From Elusimicrobiota bacterium (GTDB lineage Bacteria; Elusimicrobiota; Elusimicrobia; UBA1565; JACRDR01), in NCBI GenBank assembly GCA_041694815.1, contig JBGFSC010000007.1, forward strand, positions 32,001 to 96,000: a stretch of 64,000 bases of DNA. Reading direction: 5' to 3'. Of the stretch, positions 56,341 to 64,000 are shown piece after piece; position 1 is the first letter of the stretch, and each line of letters starts with the position of its first letter. The position numbers and the translations under genes were made by a program. The notes beneath the pieces are model-generated. The model was not told where the DNA came from. It worked only from the letters and a program-made list of their open reading frames with translations, and searched no databases.

Positions 56341-57135
56341 TCAATCCCTGGCGCCGTCTATAGCTTGGCATCTCCCGCAGTAATAGGAGCTTCGCCCGCC
56401 GAAAGGCCGCCGCGTGAGCTTGCGGCCGCAGCGCGGGCACCCCGCCTTCCATTTGCCGCGCACCCCGGTAAGCCAGTCGGGCCGGGGCGGGACCATCCCG
56501 GCCTCGACGGACTTCTTGAGCACCGTCTCCATCTTCTCGAAGAGCCTCTTGAGCTCCCCGCCCTTAAGCTCCGAGACGCGACGCTGAGGGGCGAGCTTGG
56601 CCTGCCAAAGTATCTCGTCGACGAGCACGTTGCCTAGGCCGGCGAGGATCGTCTGGTCCATGAGCGCGGCCTTAAGCTGCGCGCGGCGCCCCCGCAGGCG
56701 CTTTGAGAACCGCTCCCAGCCCAAACCCCAGGCGTCCGGACCCAGGGGGCCGAGCAGCCTTTGGAGCTCCTCGGCGCGCGTGGCCAGCCACAGCCCGCCC
56801 AGCTTGCGCACGTTGCGGTAGCGCAGTTCGCCGCCCTCCAGGACGAAGGTCGCCCGATCGTAGACCGTGCGCCCCCACTCGTCGTCACCCCACAGAAGAT
56901 CGCCCGTCATGCCGAAATGAATGAGCAGCGTCGGGCTGTCGGTGGGGGCGATTAGCCATTTGCCGAGCCGCCGCGGCTTGCCGAAACGCCGGCCTTCGAG
57001 GGCGCCTACGAGCTCCTTGGGCTCGACGTTGCGCACGATGCCGGGGTCGCTTAAGACCACACGGTGGATGGTTTTCCACGAGGCGCGCCTCTCGAAAAAG
57101 CGGCGCATTCTCTCCACATCGGGCAATTCGGGCAT
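56341..57135 (-). CDS. Fpg/Nei-family DNA glycosylase
   Basis: Likely start MPELPDVE at 57135; RLGKWL, HFGMTG, AGLGNVLVDEIL, Zn finger CPRC...CGRCQ. Confidence 0.93.
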   Translation of the reverse strand: MPELPDVERMRRFFERRASWKTIHRVVLSDPGIVRNVEPKELVGALEGRRFGKPRRLGKWLIAPTDSPTLLIHFGMTGDLLWGDDEWGRTVYDRATFVLEGGELRYRNVRKLGGLWLATRAEELQRLLGPLGPDAWGLGWERFSKRLRGRRAQLKAALMDQTILAGLGNVLVDEILWQAKLAPQRRVSELKGGELKRLFEKMETVLKKSVEAGMVPPRPDWLTGVRGKWKAGCPRCGRKLTRRPFGGRSSYYCGRCQAIDGARD

Positions 57136-57857
57136 CAAAGGCTCGCGAGCAGCCCGGCCGAGGCCAGGATTAGCGCTCCGGCGTGAACGGCCAGCCGCAA
57201 TCTGGGCGAGGGCCAGCGCCACGAGCAGGCGCCTTGGCGCTCCAGCGGCCTTAAAATCCGCCGGAAGGCCCCTTCGGCCAATACGAATCCGGCGATGCCG
57301 TCGGCCACCCAATGTATCTTGATGGCGGCGGTGGAGGCAAACATCAGCCAGAACCAGCCTTGAAAGGCCAAGGCGGCCCTGGGCGCCAATGGCTTGAGCG
57401 CCCGGCAGAGGAACCAGCCGCCGGCCACGTGCAGCGATGGCCAGGCGTTCCACGGCGGCGACAGCCCGTAGAAGAAGCGCACCAGCGAGGGCAACGCGCC
57501 GCGCAGCTCCGAGTCTGGCATGAAGAGAGGCCCCGCGCTGGTGGGAACGAGCAGGTACAGCAGGAAATGCGCCGCGACCAGGGCGAAATAGGCGAAAAAG
57601 GCCCGGCGCACGGCGAATAGCCCGCCGTAGCGGGCGATCAACAGGCCCGCCAGCACCGGGGCCGCGAAGGCCAGGGCGTAGGGGATCACGAACACGGGCA
57701 TGAACGGTATGGCGTCGTCTAGCCGCGTGCGCAGCCAGGGCGTGAGGTCGACGCCCCGCCAGGAGGCCAGGCGCCCGATGACGATGTAGAAAGAAAAACA
57801 GACGTAGCCGGTGGCGCCCAGCAGCACGCCTTCTATGACGTCGCCCGTTTTTCGCAC
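57135..57857 (-). CDS. PAP2-superfamily membrane protein
   Basis: LDDAIPF, NAWPSLHVA, KIHWVADGIAG. Confidence 0.8.
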   Translation of the reverse strand: MRKTGDVIEGVLLGATGYVCFSFYIVIGRLASWRGVDLTPWLRTRLDDAIPFMPVFVIPYALAFAAPVLAGLLIARYGGLFAVRRAFFAYFALVAAHFLLYLLVPTSAGPLFMPDSELRGALPSLVRFFYGLSPPWNAWPSLHVAGGWFLCRALKPLAPRAALAFQGWFWLMFASTAAIKIHWVADGIAGFVLAEGAFRRILRPLERQGACSWRWPSPRLRLAVHAGALILASAGLLASL

Positions 57858-57926
57858 GGGCGCATCCTAGGAATTCTGGAGAAAGCCTAAAACGACAAGC
57901 GGGTAACGGTTTTGTATCATCGGCTC

Positions 57927-59192
57927 ATGGAACACCCGCGCGGGCTTTACGTGCTCTTCTTCACCGAGATGTGGGAGCGCTTCTCGTATTACGGGATGCG
58001 GGCCCTTCTGGTCTATTACATGACCAAGCAGCTCCTTTTTTCCCAGAGCCAGTCCTCGCATATCTACGGGCTCTACACCGGCTTCGTCTATTTCACCCCG
58101 TTCTTCGGGGGGCTTCTGGCCGACCGCCGCCTGGGCCAGCGCAAGGCCGTCATCCTGGGCGGGGTGCTCATGGCCATCGGTCATTTCCTGATGGCCTTCG
58201 AGAGCCTGTTCTTCGCCGCGCTCGTGTTCTTGGTCCTGGGCAACGGCTTCTTTAAGCCCAATCTGTCGACGCAGGTGGGCAGCCTCTATCCGGCCGGAGA
58301 CCACAGGCGCGACCGGGCCTTCAGCATCTACTACGTCGGGGTGAACCTGGGGGCCTTCCTGTCGCCCTTGGTCTGCGGCACACTGGGCGAAAGGTACGGC
58401 TGGCATTACGGTTTCGCGACGGCCGGCATCGGGATGGTGATCGGCCTGCTGATCTACCTATGGGGCCAGAAGCATCTGGCGCCGGATAACATCACGAAAA
58501 GCGGCGGCGAGGCCGCGGCCCCACTCTCGCGCGACGACAAGAGCAAGATCGCGGCGCTGGTGGTGCTCTGCGCCTTCAACATACTCTTCTGGGCCATCTA
58601 TGAGCAGCAGGGAAACACCCTGGCGCTGTGGGCCGACGCCAACACCGACCGGAGGCTCTTCGGCTGGGAGATGCCGGCCTCCTGGGTGCAGTCCTTCAAC
58701 CCGGCGATGATATTCCTATTCACCCCGCTTCTGACCTCCTTCTGGGCCTGGCAGGCCAAGCGCGACAAGGAACCGAGCAGCATGGTGAAGATGGCCATCG
58801 GCTGCATACTGCTGGGCCTGTCCTTCCTCGTCATGATCCCCCCGGCCCGGGCCAGTGCGGCCGGCCAGGCGGCGGGGCTGGGCTGGCTGACGGCCTGCCT
58901 GGCGATCCTTACCCTGGGAGAGCTCTATCTCTCGCCCGTCGGCCTATCGCTAGTGACGAAGCTCGCTCCGGCGCACATGGTCTCGATGCTCATGGGCATG
59001 TGGTTCTTGTCGAGCTTCTTCGGCAATTATCTGGCCGGATACCTGGGCACGTTTTGGGAAACGATGAGCAAGGAAAGCTTCTTCCTAATGCTGGCGGGGC
59101 TCTCGGCCGCCGCCGGGGTCGGGATCCTCATCGTGCTCAAGCCGCTCAAGAAGGCCATCGGGCACGGCCGTGAGCAAGCGCTGGATGTTTGA
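57927..59192 (+). CDS. POT/PTR-family di/tripeptide MFS transporter
   Basis: HPRGLYVLFFTEMWERFSYYGMR, GNGFFKPN, GELYLSPVGLS. Confidence 0.95.
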   Translation: MEHPRGLYVLFFTEMWERFSYYGMRALLVYYMTKQLLFSQSQSSHIYGLYTGFVYFTPFFGGLLADRRLGQRKAVILGGVLMAIGHFLMAFESLFFAALVFLVLGNGFFKPNLSTQVGSLYPAGDHRRDRAFSIYYVGVNLGAFLSPLVCGTLGERYGWHYGFATAGIGMVIGLLIYLWGQKHLAPDNITKSGGEAAAPLSRDDKSKIAALVVLCAFNILFWAIYEQQGNTLALWADANTDRRLFGWEMPASWVQSFNPAMIFLFTPLLTSFWAWQAKRDKEPSSMVKMAIGCILLGLSFLVMIPPARASAAGQAAGLGWLTACLAILTLGELYLSPVGLSLVTKLAPAHMVSMLMGMWFLSSFFGNYLAGYLGTFWETMSKESFFLMLAGLSAAAGVGILIVLKPLKKAIGHGREQALDV

Positions 59193-59507
59193 TTAGGCTC
59201 CCGTAAATTCGACGTGATCCTTGCGCATGCCCTGCTCGATCCACTCTTCAAGCGACGCGAAAAATACCGTGGCCGGCCACTCGGGTGACGGCTCGGGCCG
59301 GCTACTCCAAGTCAGGTGTACGACAGCGAAACGACTGGAATGCCCGAATAAAGCGAATAGGACATCGTCGTTATCGGTCCGTCGCGCCACTGAAACGGCC
59401 TTGACCCCGTAGAGGGGATGGCCGGGGCGAAGCTCCCGAGCCAGTTCCTCCTCGAATCCAACGTCCGCCGGCAGCCAGGGGGGGAGCCAGTCGATATCGA
59501 TCATCAA
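59193..59507 (-). CDS. Hypothetical protein
   Basis: ATGA overlap with the upstream gene; ELARELRPGHPL...ARRTDNDDVLF...VVHLTW. Confidence 0.7.
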   Translation of the reverse strand: MMIDIDWLPPWLPADVGFEEELARELRPGHPLYGVKAVSVARRTDNDDVLFALFGHSSRFAVVHLTWSSRPEPSPEWPATVFFASLEEWIEQGMRKDHVEFTGA

Positions 59508-59896
59508 TCGATAAGGCGGCCAATAATGGAGCGCTCCCTCGGCCCGTTGAACTCCAAGAGCAGCACGCGCTGCCAGGTGCCGAGGGCCAGCCGCCCGTTT
59601 TCGATCGGCAGGCTGAGCGAAGGCCCGATGATGGAGGAGGCCATATGGTCCGGCGCGTGGGAGGGGTCGTGGCCGTGGCGGAAGCGGATCTTGGGGATCA
59701 TGGACTCGGCCACCTCGAGAAGGTCCTCGCCCGTTCCCTCGCCCGATTCGCCGACGGCCAAGGCGGCGGTGGTGTGCTGGACGAACAAAAGGCAGACCGC
59801 GGCCTTCGAGGAGCCGAGCTTGCTTTCGACGAGATCGGTGATGTCCAGCACGTCCTTGGGACGCCTGGACTTTATCCTCAGGCTGAAGCCGGCCAT
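59504..59896 (-). CDS. yjbQ: YjbQ (UPF0047) family protein
   Basis: DITD, FVQHTTAAL, LALGTWQ, EFNGPRER. Confidence 0.9.
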   Translation of the reverse strand: MAGFSLRIKSRRPKDVLDITDLVESKLGSSKAAVCLLFVQHTTAALAVGESGEGTGEDLLEVAESMIPKIRFRHGHDPSHAPDHMASSIIGPSLSLPIENGRLALGTWQRVLLLEFNGPRERSIIGRLID

Positions 59897-59934
59897 GGAG
59901 TTAGTCTAGCATCCGCTGCCCCGCGCGGCAACGC

Positions 59935-60048
59935 TTACGTGCAGCCGCGCAAGAGGAACAGGCCGAAGAGCACGGGCAGCGGCACCCCCAGCAGCCAGAG
60001 TATGGCCCAGCCGATTTTACCGTTTTGCGAACGCAGCGTTGTCTTCAT
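59935..60048 (-). CDS. Small 37-aa membrane peptide
   Basis: Hand translation MKTTLRSQNGKIGWAILWLLGVPLPVLFGLFLLRGCT*; GGAGG RBS. Confidence 0.7.
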   Translation of the reverse strand: MKTTLRSQNGKIGWAILWLLGVPLPVLFGLFLLRGCT

Positions 60049-60103
60049 GCCTCCAGTCTATACGCGGGAGTTGTCGGCGGCGTGGAGTCGCTGTAACTCT
60101 TAC

Positions 60104-61189
60104 TTATATTAAGGAAACGGCGTAGGGGCTGGGTTTGCCGCGGAACCATCTTTCGGGAGGGACATAGTCCATCTGCCTCAGGGACAGGCCTACCCAAAGC
60201 GCCGCCACCGCGGCGTGCGCCAGCACCGCTCGGCGCATATACTTTCGCGCCTGGGCCTCGTCCGTATCGGAAAGAAAAAAGACATCCCCCATCCCGGCGT
60301 CTGCCAAGCCCAGCGTGACGTTCGAAAGCAAGGAGTCGAAGAAGGGCAAGGCCTTCGGGGCACGCACGACCAGGCGCTCGGAGTCTACGGCTTCTGGCGC
60401 GTCCGCCCGCGTTTCGACGCGGCCCAGGACGTACACGGGGTCCCCATCGGCGATGAATTGGCGGCGCTCGCCCATCGAGAGCTCCTCCCTCCTTTTCGTG
60501 ACGGCGACCTCGCAGAAGCGGACCCCGAAAAACAGCGGCGACCAGCTGGTGCGTATTTTGGCTTCCTTGGGGTCCACCAAAATCCGTCCCGTCCCGTCCT
60601 CCAGATAAAACGGCGGCAGCCGCGATTCCTCACGCACCTCGTTGGCGTCGCTGGTTTTGACGGTGTAGACGCGGTGGCCGAGCACGGCCTCCGGCGGAAA
60701 GCCGTCGAGTGGCTTGCCGATGCGGCGGGCCCGGCCGCGCAATTCGCAGAGCCCTATGGCGGCCGATCTCGCGGCGGCCGTGGGTAAAAGCCGCGAATGC
60801 CAGGAGTGACGCCAGAACCATCGGGCCTCCAGGATCAGGGCGCAGACGCCGAACCAAACCCCGCTGGCGCCGGCGAAGGTTTCAAAGCCGGGCCCCGGCA
60901 GCAGCAGGCGGGCGACTTCGACCGCGGTAGGGCCTTCGGTGCGGGCGAGCAAGAAAAGGACGATATGCCGGAACGGGGCGAGATACCCGGCCAGGGCGAC
61001 GGGCATCAACGCGAGCATTCCGATCGCCCTGTATGGGCCGATCCACGGAGATTGGGAAGGATTTCTCAGCGCGAAGGCTGCGCCGAGGGCGAAGAGAATG
61101 GTGAAGAGGATGATGAAGGGTTTCAGTAGAAGGCCGCCCAGGAAAAGAAGGAAGCCGTAGGCGAGTGAGAGGAATAAAGTCGTTTTCAT
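60104..61189 (-). CDS. Membrane protein with GIDE-like domain
   Basis: Several TM segments, then PTAAARSAAIGLCELRG...PFYLEDGTGRILVDP...GDPVYVLG. Confidence 0.65.
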   Translation of the reverse strand: MKTTLFLSLAYGFLLFLGGLLLKPFIILFTILFALGAAFALRNPSQSPWIGPYRAIGMLALMPVALAGYLAPFRHIVLFLLARTEGPTAVEVARLLLPGPGFETFAGASGVWFGVCALILEARWFWRHSWHSRLLPTAAARSAAIGLCELRGRARRIGKPLDGFPPEAVLGHRVYTVKTSDANEVREESRLPPFYLEDGTGRILVDPKEAKIRTSWSPLFFGVRFCEVAVTKRREELSMGERRQFIADGDPVYVLGRVETRADAPEAVDSERLVVRAPKALPFFDSLLSNVTLGLADAGMGDVFFLSDTDEAQARKYMRRAVLAHAAVAALWVGLSLRQMDYVPPERWFRGKPSPYAVSLI

Positions 61190-61232
61190 CCCCTTACGAG
61201 GTCACGCTAGTTTTGACTACAGATGGACTGAT

Positions 61233-61709
61233 TCAGTTTACGTTCAGCGCCGTATTTAGTCTTCGCAAACTATTCTTCGGCCAAACCTTCTTCGTAACGT
61301 AATATTCGCGGAACGCAGGAGTCCCCTGGGGAAGCTTGACCCACGGCAGCTTCGCCCGAGTGTAGATGTGCATGTCGGGCTTAAGCGCGCTCGGGTCATC
61401 CAGCGTGCCGACGCGCACGAAGCGGATCTGCGGCCGCCGCCCGTAATCGCTCCACACAGCGACCTTGCACTTGCGGCAGCGGTAGATGTCATGCGGCGCG
61501 TGGGCGCGCGGCACCGCGACGGGCTCCGGCCTGCCGCGCAATCTCTTGATCAGCGACGTTTCGATGATGGCGTTGAGCACGAACGCGCTGCCCGTCTGCC
61601 TCTGGCAATTGCTGCAATGGCAGCAATGCACGCGCATCGGCTTGGCCAGCAGCTCGTAGCGCACGGCTCCGCAGGCGCAGCCGCCCTGAAGCCTTTTCGC
61701 CATCAGCAC
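61233..61709 (-). CDS. GFA-family protein
   Basis: GGCACGAVRY, CHCSNCQR, VGTLDDP, HIYT. Confidence 0.9.
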   Translation of the reverse strand: MLMAKRLQGGCACGAVRYELLAKPMRVHCCHCSNCQRQTGSAFVLNAIIETSLIKRLRGRPEPVAVPRAHAPHDIYRCRKCKVAVWSDYGRRPQIRFVRVGTLDDPSALKPDMHIYTRAKLPWVKLPQGTPAFREYYVTKKVWPKNSLRRLNTALNVN

Positions 61710-61713
61710 GTTC

Positions 61714-62049
61714 TCACTTCGCCAGCCCGTGCAAGAACCAATTGACCACCGACAAGACCGCCGCGAACGCCAGCGCCCACAGGAGGTTCGCCACCTCGAA
61801 GCCGGGCACGAGCAGCGTGACGAGCTGCACGCAGCCCCCGATGATGACGAAGGTAAACAGCCCCAGTGTAAGGATATTAATGGGAAGGGTGAGGATAAAC
61901 AGCAGCGGCCTCAAAAACGCGTTGACGATGCCCAACACCACCGCCGCGACCAGCGCGCTGCCGAAGCCCGCGACATGCACCCCGGGCAGCACATGGGCCG
62001 CCACGTAAACCGCGACGGCGCTCAGAAGCACATGGGCCAGGATCCGCAT
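61714..62049 (-). CDS. YvlD/'phage holin 4'-family membrane protein
   Basis: VNAFLRPLLFILTLPINILTLGLF. Confidence 0.88.
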   Translation of the reverse strand: MRILAHVLLSAVAVYVAAHVLPGVHVAGFGSALVAAVVLGIVNAFLRPLLFILTLPINILTLGLFTFVIIGGCVQLVTLLVPGFEVANLLWALAFAAVLSVVNWFLHGLAK

Positions 62050-62119
62050 GGAGTGACGATCCCGTGACGGGATGCCGCCATTCTAGCATACTCTTGTAAC
62101 TATTAGAGGTACGGCCCCT

Positions 62120-62524
62120 TCAACGCAACTTGCGGTCGAGGAAATCCAGAAGGGCGCCGCGCTCGTCGTCGATCTCCCGCGCCGTGCGCAAGCCCAGGCG
62201 CCGGAGCAACGGCATGGGCGGGCACCAGCCCTGCACGGAGTGCTGGAGCAAAAAAGCGGACACCACCCCCGAAAGCAGGTACCAACGCCGGTTGACGAAG
62301 GTTCCGAGTAAAATTCCCAACAAAGCGAAGCTGGCCGCGTTGGTCTCCAATACCCGCTCGATGTCCCATTCGACGTCGAGCTCGCCGAGGCGGCGCTCGA
62401 TCGCCTGCCGGTCGGCCATGGCGTAGCGCTCGATGTTGCGCGTCGTCCGCCATTGGATGAGGTCGTTGATATCCTCGCGCGTATTGTCGCGCACCCGCGT
62501 CGCGGTCTTGGCGAAAATGGTCAT
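62120..62524 (-). CDS. DUF2892/YgaP-like membrane protein
   Basis: EWDIERVLE...FLLQHSVQGWCPP...RRLGLRTAREI. Confidence 0.75.
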   Translation of the reverse strand: MTIFAKTATRVRDNTREDINDLIQWRTTRNIERYAMADRQAIERRLGELDVEWDIERVLETNAASFALLGILLGTFVNRRWYLLSGVVSAFLLQHSVQGWCPPMPLLRRLGLRTAREIDDERGALLDFLDRKLR

Positions 62525-62578
62525 AATGTCACCTCACTATTATGATACCACGAGGGTCGCGCCCGCCCTTTGACGCTT

Positions 62579-64000
62579 TTACGACGGTTTGAGGTCAATC
62601 CAATCCCAGGCGGAGCGGTGCGCGCCGGTTTTCTCGAAATGCTCCAGGAGATCGGCGAAAAGGGGTTGGGCGGCCACGGTGCCGCTGTCGCCGACCACGA
62701 TAAGGCCGCGCCGCGCGCGGGTGAGCGCCACGTTGAGCCGGCGCCCGTCCTCGAGGAAGCCGATCTCCCCCTGGTCATTGGAACGGACCAAGGAGAGCAG
62801 CACCGCCTCCTTCTCGCGGCCCTGGAACCCGTCGACGGTGCCCACCTCGACGGCGGCGGGCACGAGCGCCTTGAGCGCGCGGACCTGGGCGACGTAGGGC
62901 GTGAGCACGGCGGCCGAGGAGGGCGGCAGCCCGGCCTCCAATAACTCGCGCAGGAGCCGCGCCACGAGGGAGGCCTCTTCGTCGTTGCGGCGGCTCTGCA
63001 GCCACTCGTCCCAGCTTTCTTGGTAGCCCGTGCCGGCGGTGTCGACGAAGCTCACGGGCCGCTCGGTCAAGCGGGTTTGAGCCACGCCGGGCAGCTCGCA
63101 GAGAAGGTGCGCGCGCACGGACTCGTCGGCGATGAGCTTGCCCCCGTAGAAGCGCCGGGAAGGGAAGTCCATGATGGCCTCGTGCATCCGGTACTGCACG
63201 CGCAGCATCTTCTTGGCCTCTTCCGGCAAAATTGGCATGAGCCGCTCGAACATGGTCACCGCCAGGCCCTGCTTGGCCGCCGACTCGCTGTAGAGGGTCG
63301 GGGCCAGCTGCATGGGGTCTCCGGCGAAGACGGCCTTCTTGGCGCGCAGCACGGCGACCCAGGAGAGCGGCTCGGTGGCCTGGCTGGCCTCGTCTAGCAC
63401 GGCTAGATCGAAGCTCTGCCGGCTCAAGAGGCGGCCGATGGAGCCGTGCGTCGATAGGACCACCTGCGCGCCGCCTATGAGCTCGCGGACGATGGCCTCC
63501 TCGATGTCGCGCGCCTCGCGCCAGAGCCGCCCGATATCGCGCTGGCGCTCGTGCCGCTCCTCCCAGCCGAGCTGGACGCGATCGGCGCGGCGGGAGCGCT
63601 GCCTCATGAGCCTCTCGCGCTCGAGGTCCAAGTCCCGGATGCGCTTATACTCCGGGTGCTCGTGGATCTGGAAGGCCAGCGTGGCGTGGCGCAGGGCCTC
63701 GAGCGTGCGTGCGGGGTGGCCGGCGCGCACTAGGCGAAGGCCCAGCGGCAACAGCTTCTCGAGCATGTTGTCGACGGCGATGTTGGAAGGGGCGGTGGCC
63801 AGAACGCGCTTGCCGGCGCGGGCGGCCTGCGTGATGACCTCGACTAAGACCGTGGTCTTGCCGGTGCCGGGGGGGCCGTGGATCAAGGCCGCGTCGCGCG
63901 CGGCCAGGGCGGCCAGCACGGCCTCTTTTTGGAACTCGTTGAGCGCGGGGTTGCGGAAGGAGACCTCGCCGAGCTCCCCGATCTCGGCGGCGCGCTCGCC
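62579..64000 (-). CDS. SF1 helicase, IGHMBP2/DNA2/Upf1-like (5' end outside the window)
   Basis: IHGPPGTGKTT, APSNIAVDN, DEASQ, GDPMQLAP, QYRM, TVDGFQGREKE, RRLNVALTRAR. Confidence 0.93.
   Translation of the reverse strand, partial: GERAAEIGELGEVSFRNPALNEFQKEAVLAALAARDAALIHGPPGTGKTTVLVEVITQAARAGKRVLATAPSNIAVDNMLEKLLPLGLRLVRAGHPARTLEALRHATLAFQIHEHPEYKRIRDLDLERERLMRQRSRRADRVQLGWEERHERQRDIGRLWREARDIEEAIVRELIGGAQVVLSTHGSIGRLLSRQSFDLAVLDEASQATEPLSWVAVLRAKKAVFAGDPMQLAPTLYSESAAKQGLAVTMFERLMPILPEEAKKMLRVQYRMHEAIMDFPSRRFYGGKLIADESVRAHLLCELPGVAQTRLTERPVSFVDTAGTGYQESWDEWLQSRRNDEEASLVARLLRELLEAGLPPSSAAVLTPYVAQVRALKALVPAAVEVGTVDGFQGREKEAVLLSLVRSNDQGEIGFLEDGRRLNVALTRARRGLIVVGDSGTVAAQPLFADLLEHFEKTGAHRSAWDWIDLKPS

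Noticed and set aside
61714..62049. Prophage inferred from the 'holin'
   Set aside because: YvlD-type proteins are common chromosomal genes and no phage genes are nearby.

Overview
GC-rich bacterial window with two parts. (1) About 1-31.3 kb is a large accessory cluster. It has eight radical SAM enzymes (five SPASM/twitch-type, three B12-binding), several glycosyltransferases, a Wzm/Wzt ABC exporter, nucleotide-sugar enzymes, three parallel beta-helix proteins (one a 1768-aa fusion to an S24/S26 peptidase) and an SGNH protein. At its centre is an ORF missing from the supplied track: a 36-aa peptide (18948-19058, MKKPRNKGKNKKRKWTPPTLTRHDQIYSSPVAAYPS) with a WxxPxL leader-type motif and its own sigma70-like promoter. 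It is followed by a stand-alone PqqD/RRE, a GT2 fused to a second RRE and a SPASM radical SAM enzyme, so it is a candidate new glyco-RiPP system. Beyond the cluster lies a tRNA(CAU), probably Ile2, split by a 256-nt group I intron at position 33/34. Between the two is a small islet with a degenerate tRNA copy, an HNH nuclease and a PIN toxin-antitoxin pair inside ~92-bp direct repeats. (2) About 34-64 kb is mostly ordinary chromosome: msrBA, FecR/outer-membrane barrel, ParE/RHH TA, SMUG1-like UDG, mutS-mutL, HEAT-GT2-YaiO operon, transporters, Fpg/Nei and an SF1 helicase. All calls come from motif recognition by eye; no searches were run.
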